DNA of 35,811 nucleotides from Leptolyngbyaceae cyanobacterium (lineage in GTDB: Bacteria; Cyanobacteriota; Cyanobacteriia; CAKZMO01), in NCBI GenBank assembly GCA_035285885.1, contig JAYKJC010000556.1, forward strand, positions 1-35,811. Direction: 5' to 3'. Below the pieces are notes generated by a model, which did not search any database, had not been told where the DNA came from, and saw nothing but the letters and a program-made list of their open reading frames with translations. Of the stretch, positions 17,220-27,246 are shown in pieces. The position numbers were made by a program, and so were the translations under genes. The first letter of the stretch is position 1. Each line of letters starts with the position of its first letter.

Positions 17220-18113
17220 TTAGTCCTGCTTTTTCAAGAACTGTAAAAGTTCTCGATTGACCGTTTGCGGTACTTCTTGCTGTATCCAATGACCGCATTG
17301 AGGGATGAGTTTCAACTTAAGGGGAGCCGCTACCCACTGGTCAAGTCCATCTAAAAGGGTCTGACTGAGGAACGAATCTTCTTCGCCCCACAACACCAGG
17401 GTTGGCGCGTTGACAGGGGTGAGCGATCGCCCACAATGCTTGAACCACGAAGGCATCGAAAGAAAATGCCGATAATATTCCAACGCCGACGAAAGGACTC
17501 CCGGCTTCTCTAGCGCCGCCTGGTAAATTTCTGTGTCTTTCGTGCTAAAAGCCCCTTTCCGAATGGACTGACCCTGGAAGACATTCTGAACAAAATTCTT
17601 TAAGTTGAGGCGAATCAAGGCTTCGGGCAAACCCGGCACCTGGAACGCCAGCATGTACCAACTGCGACGAAGCTGATCAGCATTGCTGACAAGCTCTTTC
17701 ATAAATTGCTGGGGGTGAGGCGCATTGAGAACCGCAAGCTTATGAATGTGTTCTGGAAAGCGATGGGCTACATGCCAGGCAATCGAGCCCCCCCAATCAT
17801 GTCCAATCACATGGGCTTTGTGATACCCAAGATTGCGGATCAGCCCTTTGATGTCGGTACTCAACGTATCCAGGTCATAGCCATTGTTGGGTTTATCAGA
17901 ATCGTTATATCCCCGCAAATCTGGGACGACGACTTTAAAGTGACGAGCCAAAGCCGGAATTTGATGCCGCCAGGAATACCAAAATTCCGGAAATCCGTGC
18001 AGTAAAACAACCAACTCTCCTTCACCTTGGGTCACACAGTGAAGACGAATCCGGTTTGTTTGAACAAATAAGTGATTCCAGCTTGAGTTCGGGTTCAGCG
18101 CAACTGCAGTCAT
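17220..18113 (-). CDS. Alpha/beta hydrolase (epoxide hydrolase / haloalkane dehalogenase-like)
   Basis: LLHGFPEFWYSWRHQ oxyanion region, nucleophile elbow GHDWGG, and a C-terminal CGHWIQQE histidine. Confidence 0.85.
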   Translation of the reverse strand: MTAVALNPNSSWNHLFVQTNRIRLHCVTQGEGELVVLLHGFPEFWYSWRHQIPALARHFKVVVPDLRGYNDSDKPNNGYDLDTLSTDIKGLIRNLGYHKAHVIGHDWGGSIAWHVAHRFPEHIHKLAVLNAPHPQQFMKELVSNADQLRRSWYMLAFQVPGLPEALIRLNLKNFVQNVFQGQSIRKGAFSTKDTEIYQAALEKPGVLSSALEYYRHFLSMPSWFKHCGRSLTPVNAPTLVLWGEEDSFLSQTLLDGLDQWVAAPLKLKLIPQCGHWIQQEVPQTVNRELLQFLKKQD

Positions 18114-18679
18114 AAGATGAAATACAACACAACAAACTTAGAACTAAATAAAAATTCCTCGTCGAGAGGCATACTCTCAGAAAGTAGGCGAACTCCTAAG
18201 CCAGGACATCTCTGCCCTCGCCCTGCCCCGAGAACACAGGTCGTTCTAAAGGCACCTGAGAGAAGAATCTCAGCAACGTGAACAATAGTTAGCTCCTGCC
18301 GTATGCCATGAAGTATCACGCTTGCCGAATGATTTTCAAGAGAATTTCAGAGAACCTGCATCGTGTCATGTAACGTCGGACGGACATCGAGCATTTCTCT
18401 TTGTGAACTGTATCCTATATTACGCTATAGAACCATTACATCCGATGAAGCTTCCGAAACAAACCTCTAAAATACGGATCTTCCGGGTATTGATTGGTTT
18501 TGAGCGTTCACCTTGGCTGGAAATGTATGAGAATTCTTACAGGTTATCGCTGTAGCCCCTGCCAAATTTACGTTGTATGACTCTCCCGTAGAGACTAGCA
18601 AAAAGCTTGTATCTTTTGGGTAATCTGGGATTCATAGCGTGCGTGCTCGCTCACACAGAACTGCGGGAGAATCTTGTTC

Positions 18680-19615
18680 ATGTCGAGTGTCTATGATACG
18701 GGTCGGTTGCGTATTGTCTCGCTCATTCCCAGTGCGACGGAAATTGTTGCAGCACTTGGGTTAACTGATTTTTTGGTGGGGCGATCGCACGAATGTGACT
18801 GTCCTCCAGGCATTAAAGCTCTCCCGGTGTGCACGGCTCCCAAGTTTAATCCTGAAGGTAGCAGCGTTGAAATTCACGATCGAGTCACCAAAATTTTGCA
18901 GTCTGCGTTGAGCGTCTATTCAGTCAACACGGAGTTACTGGAAACACTCCAACCCACTCATGTGCTGACTCAGGCGCAATGTGATGTGTGTGCCGTTAGC
19001 CTATCGGATGTTGAAACGGCAGTCGCCACCCTGATCAAAGGGGCTCCAACCGTCATTTCACTTCAACCTCGATTATTTGATGACCTGTGGGATGACATTC
19101 GTCGAGTGGCTCATGCATTGGGAGTTGACGGAGAGCCGCTGATTCATTGGCTGAACAATCGAGTCTCCAGTTGTGTTGAGCAAATTAATCCCATAGAGGG
19201 CGATCGCCCTACAGTCGCTTGCATTGAATGGATTGAGCCATTGATGGCGGCGGGAAACTGGGTTCCAGAACTGGTAGAACTGGCGGGTGGAGTATCGTGC
19301 TTTGGTGCCGTTGGCGAACATTCTCCCTGGATTGAATGGCGGGATTTGGTCGTGAAAGACCCCGACATCATTGTGGCTATGCCCTGTGGCTATGGCCTTG
19401 TGAAAACGCGACAGGAAATGAAGACCCTCATCCAAAAGCCAGAATGGAAGACCCTCAAGGCGGTCAAAAACAAGCGGGTTTACATCACAGACGGCAATCA
19501 ATATTTCAACCGCCCCGGCCCCCGGTTGATTGATTCCTTAGAACTGCTATCTGAGATCTTCTACCCTGACCGGGTCTCCTACGGATATGAAGCAGGCGGA
19601 TGGAAACACCTGTGA
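18680..19615 (+). CDS. Cobalamin/iron-siderophore-type periplasmic-binding-protein-fold protein (BtuF-like), no signal peptide
   Basis: RIVSLIPSATEIVAALGLTDFLVGRSHECDCP is typical of Peripla_BP_2 'cobalamin-binding protein' annotations. I see no hydrophobic leader. ATG 18680 is preferred over TTG 18674. Confidence 0.7.
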   Translation: MSSVYDTGRLRIVSLIPSATEIVAALGLTDFLVGRSHECDCPPGIKALPVCTAPKFNPEGSSVEIHDRVTKILQSALSVYSVNTELLETLQPTHVLTQAQCDVCAVSLSDVETAVATLIKGAPTVISLQPRLFDDLWDDIRRVAHALGVDGEPLIHWLNNRVSSCVEQINPIEGDRPTVACIEWIEPLMAAGNWVPELVELAGGVSCFGAVGEHSPWIEWRDLVVKDPDIIVAMPCGYGLVKTRQEMKTLIQKPEWKTLKAVKNKRVYITDGNQYFNRPGPRLIDSLELLSEIFYPDRVSYGYEAGGWKHL

Positions 19616-19666
19616 TGATTGGAGCCTTATGGCGATTAGAATCTGAGAGGATTGGAGGCTCGAAGA

Positions 19667-20623
19667 CTAACAGACACCTACTTGCAACCCATCGTCGAGT
19701 TCTAGCGTATCTCCGATGGTTTCGCCAGTGTGATACGCCGCAAGTAGCACTTCACTCGTTTTGCCCCAGGCGATCGCCCCCGTGTGATCAAGCCCAATCG
19801 CACCTAAATCGCGCTTATTACGTGCAGCTTCTGTGAAAGAGCGGATAAAGGCATCTTGCAACGTCGCCCCATCCGTTACTCGAATCACAATACGAGCAGC
19901 TAAACATTCATCAATAATGTCTTCTCCAATGCCCGTACAGCTCACACCACCCTTCGGGGTAGCATAGTTCCCCGCTGGCATGGCCGAATCACTCACGCGC
20001 CCAACACGCTCAAAGCCCTTGCCCCCCGTAGATGTGCCTGCCGCAATGCGTCCCCGGTTATCCAATGCAACGACACCAATGGTGCCTCGTCTCGCCTCTT
20101 GTCCGGCTAGAACAGCATCTTCAGAAATCACATTGGCCATCGTGCGCTGAAAGTTGCCTTTCCTTTCTTCCAGCCATTCTTGCAGGCGAATATCCGTCAG
20201 AGGATCGTGGTCAGGGAGTTGCAGTTCTCGCAACAGCGCAGCTGCACCATAGTCAGACAGCACTCGATCAGGAGAGCTTTGGAGAAATTTAGCCAGTTGA
20301 ATGGGATTCTTAACGCGAGAGACATTAATAACGCCGCTAAACTGCTGGGCTTCACCACTCATGAGAGAAGCGCTCATGCGCACTTGTCCGTCCGATTGCA
20401 AGACAGACCCCGTACCCGCATTAAACCGAGGCTCGTCCTCCAGGAGCTGACACCCAATCAGCACGGCATCTTCAGCGGTGGCTCCCTGACTCAGATGATG
20501 ATAGACCGATTCCACAATGGACGATAGCAGTGCTCGCACAGCTTCGACTCCACCTTTGCCTTGAAGGGAGCTTCCGGCTCCACCATGAATAATGAGTTTA
20601 GGCTGCACCTGGCTCATGAGCAC
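19667..20623 (-). CDS. Isoaspartyl peptidase / L-asparaginase (Ntn hydrolase, Asparaginase_2)
   Basis: IIHGGAG at the N-terminus, autoprocessing/nucleophile site GTIGVVALD, and the downstream GTSTGG. Confidence 0.85.
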   Translation of the reverse strand: MLMSQVQPKLIIHGGAGSSLQGKGGVEAVRALLSSIVESVYHHLSQGATAEDAVLIGCQLLEDEPRFNAGTGSVLQSDGQVRMSASLMSGEAQQFSGVINVSRVKNPIQLAKFLQSSPDRVLSDYGAAALLRELQLPDHDPLTDIRLQEWLEERKGNFQRTMANVISEDAVLAGQEARRGTIGVVALDNRGRIAAGTSTGGKGFERVGRVSDSAMPAGNYATPKGGVSCTGIGEDIIDECLAARIVIRVTDGATLQDAFIRSFTEAARNKRDLGAIGLDHTGAIAWGKTSEVLLAAYHTGETIGDTLELDDGLQVGVC

Positions 20624-21306
20624 TCCTGAATGATTTGCAAAATTGACTGTCGGTATACGGTAAATGCTTAACGTCTAGCAATGGATAGAATACCTCAAGT
20701 TTTGGGCCGATCCTCCTCTATGTTTTGTGCTTAATGCGCATAGCGCTGCATCAGAATTTTGAGGCACTCAGAATTTTGATGCGCTCGTCCTATGTGCTGC
20801 GTTTTACACGTCCCCTGAAGAACCGTAAAGCCTAAATTGATAGGCTGACATATTTACGTTTGTCCACCAAACAGCTTCGAGGTCTAGATTAAAACCTCAT
20901 CACAGTTCACCGAAGCTTATTATTCTTTGTCCGCAATTGTTCGGCTGAAGCTGTATTCTTAGGTGGACAACTCAATAAAGTCTCAGTAGATTCAGCGGAA
21001 GGAAGTCGGCAATGATACCCGGACATTCGAGTGGTGTCCGTACGCCCAGCTTTTGTATGCTCAAATTCTGTATGCCTGACTTCATGTACGCCCGAATTCT
21101 GTACATCCGAATTCTATACATCTGGCTATGGTGACTTCTTAAGTATTGCTTCTTAAATATTGCTTCTTAAGAACGACCCATGAGTGGAGCAACTCTGGCA
21201 TCTATACGAATCAGTGGTTTTCTTCTATCACACCGCAGACGGCTGAAAACAAAACACGTCCAGCCCATACTTGAATACCGTTCATACCGAAATAATAAAG
21301 AAACCC

Positions 21307-21513
21307 ATGAAACGTATTGAGATTAAAATGCCTGCGATCGCCTTTTCATTTCTCCTGATGGGAGTTTTCGCAGATTTACTGCCTCATCCAGCGCTAGGTC
21401 CAGGACTGATTCAATCTTGCTTTAACACTCTTTTCCCAGACCCGAAAAACTCGACTCCGCAACCCCAACCTCTTGAGCTTGGGCAATCGACACACGATGA
21501 AGTTGCACAGTAA
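21307..21513 (+). CDS. Possible small secreted peptide (hypothetical)
   Basis: MKRIEIKMPAIAFSFLLMGVFA looks like a signal peptide and the remainder is Pro-rich. There is no family match and it lies in an AT-rich intergenic region. It may not be a gene. Confidence 0.25.
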   Translation: MKRIEIKMPAIAFSFLLMGVFADLLPHPALGPGLIQSCFNTLFPDPKNSTPQPQPLELGQSTHDEVAQ

Positions 21514-21968
21514 ATCTACCTGTCATCTACTTGAAATGCGCCTGCTCTTGCTTTTTGTCATTCTGAAATCTTCATCCAGACTTTAAAGTAGATCGAGGCT
21601 TTATATGGATATCTGCCAAGTTCAATGCTTTACAATATGGAGGTGTAGCTGTAGATTGCCACGCTTTTATTCATTCTGTTCTCTATACGTCATCCTTTGT
21701 ACGAAAAGGTTCAGATGTATGAAAAGAAACAGAGTGTGAAAAGGATCAAAGCTGGGTAACTGAAGCCTTTAAAGAAGCTCTTAAAAAAGCTCTTGGGCAG
21801 AAACTCTTGAATATAAATTCTTAGGAAGGCTTCTAATCATCGATCCTGTAGGAGTGTGTAGGATGCGTTAACTGCGACCACGCACATAGAGGCTAAAGCG
21901 CATAGAGGTTGAGAAATATCAGCAGAGCGTGGGTATTGTTTCAAGCGAGTAACTGAGTGCAAGTGAGA

Positions 21969-22532
21969 ATGACACAGGCGATACACGTTGGAAACAATTC
22001 GCAGCAGCCCGAAAATTCCGATGCGCAGCCCAGTGCCGAGCAGAGCAAGGCCGATAGGCGTCGGAGCAGTCGGTTGGGGTTGACTCAAGAGGAAGATATT
22101 CTAAAGCGCATTCGGTCAGGGGATCTCCTGTGTGTCAATAGCCGTAGACGCAACGGGCTCATTTTGTTCAAGAAATTTCATGCTGAGTTTGCTGGCCCTG
22201 GGGCTGCGGTTGGGAGCTTTCTAGACTTAGATTGTCAAGATGTGTACGCTGTCGGGTCTCTCTCATTGCTTGAGCCGCCGACCCATGAAGAACGTCAGCG
22301 TGCCTATCTCATTCGGCGTCAATGGATTCGGTTGACCTATCAATTTACAGACAACACAACGCCGCTCAAGCGGGCTCAAATGATTTTGAACCAATTTGAG
22401 AATTACTTTGATCGTGAAACGATTGCCAAAGTTCCTGATGACGCCTTCGCGATGATGGTTGGTGTGTTGCCACACACCATTCGGTTGGCGAGACGCCCAC
22501 CCCGGAAGCGCAACATGCGCGTCAAGTCCTAG
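21969..22532 (+). CDS. Hypothetical protein (basic N- and C-termini)
   Basis: Long ORF with no competing ORF; I recognised no motif. The track start is GTG 21957, and ATG 21969 is an alternative. Confidence 0.5.
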   Translation: MTQAIHVGNNSQQPENSDAQPSAEQSKADRRRSSRLGLTQEEDILKRIRSGDLLCVNSRRRNGLILFKKFHAEFAGPGAAVGSFLDLDCQDVYAVGSLSLLEPPTHEERQRAYLIRRQWIRLTYQFTDNTTPLKRAQMILNQFENYFDRETIAKVPDDAFAMMVGVLPHTIRLARRPPRKRNMRVKS

Positions 22533-22581
22533 GCTTGGTTGGCTAGACGCTCAGTGGTTGTTGCAAATTTAACGGTGATGA

Positions 22582-23232
22582 TCAGTTTTCAGGATCAATT
22601 TCCAGAAAATTGGACATCGATTGCCACATGAATTCAGTCACGTTGCTCAGGTTGTGATCGCTGTTGACTTCCTGGAGGTGAACCCAGGGGCGATCGCCCG
22701 CAAACTGCTTGCTTGCCTCCACAGGAATCACCTCATCATGACGCCCATGAATAATCAGCGTTGGAATGTTGCGACAGAGCGTTGCATCATCGTACTGCTG
22801 AATATCTTGCAGAAATGAATATCCCAAATCGGAAAACCCCTGGTATCCATGATGGTAAACCGAGAGTTTTCCCGTATGCTGCCAATTCTCAAGTGTCGGG
22901 CGACCCAGCTTGGGCAGCCAATAATGCATGAAATTGAATGCTGGAGCTAATAACACCAGTTTCGTAACGAGATCGCATCGTTCAGCCAGCCAGGTAGCAG
23001 TTAATCCACCCAAACTTGAACCAATCACAGCCTTTGGCAACGGGTCTTGAAGCATCAAATCCTGGATGTACTGAATTTGGCGAGTCAGCGTTAGCTCAAA
23101 AAAGGAGTGCTGATTCAAATCTGGAACCAGAAGGGGTTGCCCCATTTGCTCGAATTTTCTAACAAAGTAGCGAGCCTTAAACGATTGAGGACTCGATGCA
23201 AACCCGTGTAGATAGATGAATCGATGCGTCAT
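22582..23232 (-). CDS. YqiA-like esterase (alpha/beta hydrolase, UPF0227-like)
   Basis: FIYLHGFASSPQS followed by the nucleophile elbow GSSLGG and a C-terminal GRHDEVIP ... DH. I chose ATG 23232 (MTHRFIYLHGF) because the longer track ORF would overlap accD. Confidence 0.7.
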   Translation of the reverse strand: MTHRFIYLHGFASSPQSFKARYFVRKFEQMGQPLLVPDLNQHSFFELTLTRQIQYIQDLMLQDPLPKAVIGSSLGGLTATWLAERCDLVTKLVLLAPAFNFMHYWLPKLGRPTLENWQHTGKLSVYHHGYQGFSDLGYSFLQDIQQYDDATLCRNIPTLIIHGRHDEVIPVEASKQFAGDRPWVHLQEVNSDHNLSNVTEFMWQSMSNFLEIDPEN

Positions 23233-23258
23233 TCGGTTCGTCGGTTCTGGAGCACTTT

Positions 23259-24191
23259 TTACCCACCATTCATCTGATTCTTCGTTGTGACATGGAGAGG
23301 CTCTGGAATATTCACGAAGTGTGGAGTATGGACGTAAGGCTGATGCAAACAAATGAGCTGAGCCAGGGTCTGCTTCAGTTGCGTTCTGGGGACGATGACA
23401 TCAACGAATCCATGATTCAAAAGATATTCCGATGTCTGGAAGTCACTAGGTAACTTTTCCCGGAGCGTTTGTTCGACGACCCGACGACCAGCAAACCCAA
23501 TAGTTGCCTTTGGTTCTGCTACGATCACGTCACCCAACATGGCAAAGCTGGCGGTGACTCCCCCAGTGGTGGGATGGGTGAGGACAGGAACGTAGAGGAG
23601 GCTTTGCTCTCGATGATATTCTAGAGCGGCTGAAATTTTAGCCATCTGGCTAAGACTCAACATTCCTTCTTGCATGCGAGCCCCACCCGATGCGCAGATG
23701 ATGATGACGGGAAAGCGTTCGTGGGTGGCTATTTCAATGAGCCGCGTTAGCTTTTCTCCAACAACGGAGCCCATGCTGCCTCCCATGAACCGAAAATCCA
23801 TGATTCCTAACGCAACAGGCAGTCCGTCGAGCTGACCTAGACCCGTTTGAACTGCATCTGTAATTCCCGTTTTAGATTGAGTTTCTCGAATGCGATCAGC
23901 ATAGGCTTTTCGGTCATGAAACTTGAGCGCATCTACGGGAGATAAATGTTGATCGAGAGGTTTCCATGTCTGAGTATCGATGAGGTGGTCGATTCGCTCG
24001 GTGCTGGTCATTCGATGATGATGGTTACAGTCAGGACAGACCATCAGGTTTGCTCGAAGATCTTTACTGTAAGTGAGTACTCCACAAGACTCGCACTTGC
24101 TCCAAAGGCCGTCAGCGATTTCACGCTGATGTTGCTCGGGACCCGGAGGTTGTGTTTTTCTTCGGTTTGCAAACCAATCAAATAGAGACAT
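23259..24191 (-). CDS. accD: Acetyl-CoA carboxylase carboxyltransferase beta subunit
   Basis: [12 protein letters not shown] start, Zn-ribbon [26 protein letters not shown], and carboxyltransferase core [18 protein letters not shown] 24191 is preferred over the track start at 24212. Confidence 0.9.
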   Translation of the reverse strand: MSLFDWFANRRKTQPPGPEQHQREIADGLWSKCESCGVLTYSKDLRANLMVCPDCNHHHRMTSTERIDHLIDTQTWKPLDQHLSPVDALKFHDRKAYADRIRETQSKTGITDAVQTGLGQLDGLPVALGIMDFRFMGGSMGSVVGEKLTRLIEIATHERFPVIIICASGGARMQEGMLSLSQMAKISAALEYHREQSLLYVPVLTHPTTGGVTASFAMLGDVIVAEPKATIGFAGRRVVEQTLREKLPSDFQTSEYLLNHGFVDVIVPRTQLKQTLAQLICLHQPYVHTPHFVNIPEPLHVTTKNQMNGG

Positions 24192-24334
24192 AACCCTAAC
24201 TTTACCTATCAACCAATGTGTTTAGAACTTCATACGGTAACTATTAGGCCGGAGCCAATGGGGCAAGAATATGATGCATAGACAAGGGGGCGCGAGTTCA
24301 TCTTGAAGAGAGTGGGGAAGTTTTAGATTTTATT

Positions 24335-24562
24335 TCAATGTTCCATTGGCTCTGACCCAGAATCTTCGATGGGGCTGATCAAAAGCAGGGCTGTCCATTG
24401 ATGCTGAGGGGGAACCTGTACCGCAGCGGGAACACCGCACCCAAAATGAGGAGCGATTCCCTGATTGACGACCCGAGCTGGGATGTCGTGAGAAACCAGT
24501 ATTTGCTGCATTAAATCTGCTTCCCATCGATATTGAGTTGTCCGTATCGTGATCCACATCAC
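24335..24562 (-). CDS. DUF2007-like small protein (putative signal-transducing protein)
   Basis: 75 aa. MWITIRTTQYRWEADLMQQILVSHDIPARVVNQ resembles the DUF2007 N-terminus. An alternative-frame ORF at 24330-24557 was rejected. Confidence 0.5.
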   Translation of the reverse strand: MMWITIRTTQYRWEADLMQQILVSHDIPARVVNQGIAPHFGCGVPAAVQVPPQHQWTALLLISPIEDSGSEPMEH

Positions 24563-24700
24563 TGCATGATCTTATCAGAGTAGCTGGACACCTTCTAAAT
24601 CTACCGTGAATTACGGCTTATCGTTTCTGAATGGACGCTATATTGGCAGAATGCCTGATTCATGAGGGCTATTTGTAGAGTGAGGGGAGTTTGTATCTCA

Positions 24701-25180
24701 ATGGATATGCGCATTGGCAATGGATATGACATTCATCGGCTCGTTGAGGGGCGTCCACTGATCTTAGGGGGAGTGGAATTAATCCATGAGAAAGGATTGC
24801 TCGGCCACAGTGACGCAGACGCACTAACTCACGCCATTATGGATGCGATGTTGGGTGCGTTGAGCTTGGGGGATATTGGCCATTATTTTCCGCCCAGTGA
24901 TCCGAAATGGGCCGATGCCGACAGTTTAGTGTTGTTAGCTCAGGTCAATCAACTGATCCTAGACCAAGGCTGGCGTATTCAGAACATTGATACTGTTGTT
25001 GTGGCTGAGCGACCTAAACTCAAGCCCCATATTAAGGAAATGCGATCGCGCCTTGCCTCGACGCTCCAAATCGAACCTGAACGAGTGGGCATTAAAGCGA
25101 CAACAAATGAAAAACTGGGTCCGGTTGGGCGAGAAGAAGGAATTGCCGCTTATGCAGTTGCGCTGCTTTCAAAGGATTAG
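24701..25180 (+). CDS. ispF: 2-C-methyl-D-erythritol 2,4-cyclodiphosphate synthase
   Basis: [27 protein letters not shown] and the length (about 160 aa) are typical of IspF. ATG 24701 is preferred over the track start at 24662. Confidence 0.9.
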   Translation: MDMRIGNGYDIHRLVEGRPLILGGVELIHEKGLLGHSDADALTHAIMDAMLGALSLGDIGHYFPPSDPKWADADSLVLLAQVNQLILDQGWRIQNIDTVVVAERPKLKPHIKEMRSRLASTLQIEPERVGIKATTNEKLGPVGREEGIAAYAVALLSKD

Positions 25181-25511
25181 AGGGGATGGGAAATCGGGTT
25201 TTGCAACTACGTTAAGCACATAAACGGATGGCTAGAGGGTAGTCGTGCTTCGTATATTCGTACTTAACTTTTGTACTTAACTAAAGGGAAGAGGGCTGGA
25301 GTTCGATCACTGGTACATTCCTGGGATGCAGATCTGGGTCAGAAAGAATAGGATGGAGACGGAAAATCGCTGTTGCTGACTTTAAAGATAAATGGGAAAG
25401 ATGAATGGGACTGCAACGTACGCCCTATCCCAGCATCTTTTAGCTAAAATCACTAGCTGGAATCGTTTTGAGAGTTAGCAATGGAGAAATCACGATAATG
25501 CCAAAGGAGTT

Positions 25512-26276
25512 ATGGCGGTTGAGCGTATGGATACAGCAACCTTAGAGACCGTCAACAGACAACAGACTGATGCCGCAAACGGTCAATCTCCGTCAGGTCA
25601 ACTTCTGTCGGATGAACTTCGGGCCGTTTTCAAATCCATTTCTCCTGAAAGTTGCCCGCGTCAGGCGAACTTTCATATGCACACGGTTCATTCTGATGGA
25701 TGCTTGGCTCCGGACGAGTTGATTCAACAAGCCCTTGAGATTGGGCTGGGTGATTTTGCAATCACAGATCATCACAGTATCGACGGCTATCGCGAGGCCA
25801 AGCATTGTCTTGAGCGACACACTCAGCAGCAACCCGCTCAGCAAGGTGATGGTGCTGAGATTCCCCGGCTATGGGTGGGGGTAGAGGTGAATGCGATGCT
25901 CCTGGATGCGGAGGTTCATATCCTTTGCTATGCCTTTGATCCAGACTCAAGGGTGATGGAGCCCTATCTTCAAGGGGAAACTGTAGCAGGCGATCGCTAC
26001 CTTGCGTCATCAGTCATTGGAGCCGCCCATGAAGCGGGAGGACTCGTCGTTCTGGCTCATCCAGACCGATATCGGCGATCGCCCGCAGAATTGATTCCGG
26101 AAGCCGCTCGACTTGGCATTGATGGAGTCGAGACCTACTATGCCTATGACAATCCGTCGCCCTGGCGACCCTCACCCAAGCAAACAGCGGTGGTGCATCA
26201 GCTTGGAGATGAACATCATCTTCTGCATACCTGCGGTACAGACACCCACGGTCTAAACTTGCTCACCCGGCTCTAA
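25512..26276 (+). CDS. PHP-domain metal-dependent phosphoesterase
   Basis: FHMHTVHSDG, AITDHHSIDGY, LAHPDRY and the terminal CGTDTHG are the PHP His/Asp motifs. Confidence 0.75.
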   Translation: MAVERMDTATLETVNRQQTDAANGQSPSGQLLSDELRAVFKSISPESCPRQANFHMHTVHSDGCLAPDELIQQALEIGLGDFAITDHHSIDGYREAKHCLERHTQQQPAQQGDGAEIPRLWVGVEVNAMLLDAEVHILCYAFDPDSRVMEPYLQGETVAGDRYLASSVIGAAHEAGGLVVLAHPDRYRRSPAELIPEAARLGIDGVETYYAYDNPSPWRPSPKQTAVVHQLGDEHHLLHTCGTDTHGLNLLTRL

Positions 26277-26316
26277 CTCGTGAGAGAACTAGAGACAGAG
26301 CCCGTCAAGCGCCTGT

Positions 26317-26532
26317 CTAATTAACAGCGCACCCCTCTTCGTCGCAGGAAATTGCCTCGGCTGTGGCTTCTGCCGGAACAACGGTGAAACCGCCCACGCG
26401 CAATCCTTCAAATCCAAATTGGTCTTGCAGAACCTGGCTAAAGCTCTCGATGATGGCGGGCAGTTGCTTCTCGATTTCAGTACGTAACTGATCCGCTTCG
26501 GGGGGTGGGTTTCCGACCGCTTCTACAGACAT
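26317..26532 (-). CDS. Small acidic hypothetical protein
   Basis: 71-aa ORF with AGGAAA about 12 nt upstream of the ATG. The C-terminus is SCDEEGCAVN. I recognised no family. Confidence 0.4.
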   Translation of the reverse strand: MSVEAVGNPPPEADQLRTEIEKQLPAIIESFSQVLQDQFGFEGLRVGGFTVVPAEATAEAISCDEEGCAVN

Positions 26533-26738
26533 AGAGCAATATTTCCTATATAAATTGTTTATAAATTGCTACGTTCATTCTAGGGTGAAACCTGTCGTTG
26601 GGATACAGCAAGAATTGTGGGGTGAGAGCCTTACACAGTGCGACTCTTACCCCGAAATGTATCTCCAAATTTAGCAACATTTCTTCTAACGGGGCATCAC
26701 ATCATCGAGTTTTAATTGCAAGTCTAGGTAAAAGCGGA

Positions 26739-26860
26739 CAGCAGTTCTAATGATGGAAATTCAGGGGGCAAAACGGTTGCCGCAAGCGACCGTTTTGCCC
26801 CCTGAGCCGATACAAGTGAGCGTCGATAGGGCGCGAAGTCTTGCAAAATGAGAATTGCTG
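26739..26860. mobile_element. MITE-like element B (copy 2), 122 bp
   Basis: Collinear with 12909-13030 and identical in length. The left terminus is degenerate (CAGCAGTTCTAATG) and the right terminus is intact (AATGAGAATTGCTG). The internal hairpin is kept through compensatory changes. Confidence 0.65.
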
Positions 26861-27143
26861 CCAAAAATCAGAACTGTAAGCGTCTTGAATGCGGAGATGA
26901 TAAATTGTCTGTTTTTTCTTCTTTTATTCGTTGGCCCGGGCGATCGCCTCTTTGCGTTTAGCACAGGTCGCCAGATGTTTCGTCATTCCAGACTTGGCCA
27001 GAACTTTTTCGCAGTATGCTCATGCTGCTTTCGTTTGAGGTCTACGAGCCATTGTTGCTCACCCTTTTATTACACTCATTGCACTGTTATTATCTATTTC
27101 TTGCTTTATCATGCTTACCTTTCGAAAACAAGCGGATATGAGT

Positions 27144-27235
27144 AGGGCTTACGCAAATTCTGCTCATATCTAGTGCATTTTTTGGGGGTGGTGGCGGACA
27201 CACATGCCACCACCCCCAAAAAATGCGTAAGTCCT
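27144..27235. mobile_element. MITE-like element A (copy 2), uninterrupted, inverted relative to copy 1
   Basis: Termini AGGGCTTACGCA / TGCGTAAGTCCT. Perfect 21-bp internal hairpin GCATTTTTTGGGGGTGGTGGC..GCCACCACCCCCAAAAAATGC. It ends 11 nt before the cbiA start. Confidence 0.65.
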
Positions 27236-27246
27236 AATGAGAAAGA

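Noticed and set aside
18320-18679. Search for a second B12 riboswitch upstream of the BtuF-like gene, and likewise upstream of cbiA at 26965-27246
   Set aside because: No GGGAA..GTG..CCCGCAACTGT core or B12 box was found by eye. Only a weak 7-bp TCTCCCG/CGGGAGA pairing (18582-18588 with 18664-18670) could mask the SD, and that is easily chance.
24330-24557. Alternative-frame 75-aa ORF overlapping the DUF2007-like gene
   Set aside because: Its product is Ser/Arg/Gly-rich and low-complexity, whereas the other frame gives a recognisable DUF2007-like N-terminus.
26761-27145. ORFs 26761-26964 (minus) and 26855-27145 (plus) in the MITE-rich spacer
   Set aside because: They overlap MITE copy B2 and each other, and their products are low-complexity (Cys/Phe/Leu- or Arg/Lys-rich). 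A 20-codon minus-strand reading MTKHLATCAKRKEAIARANE (about 26985-26923) might be a gene remnant, but it is too short to support.
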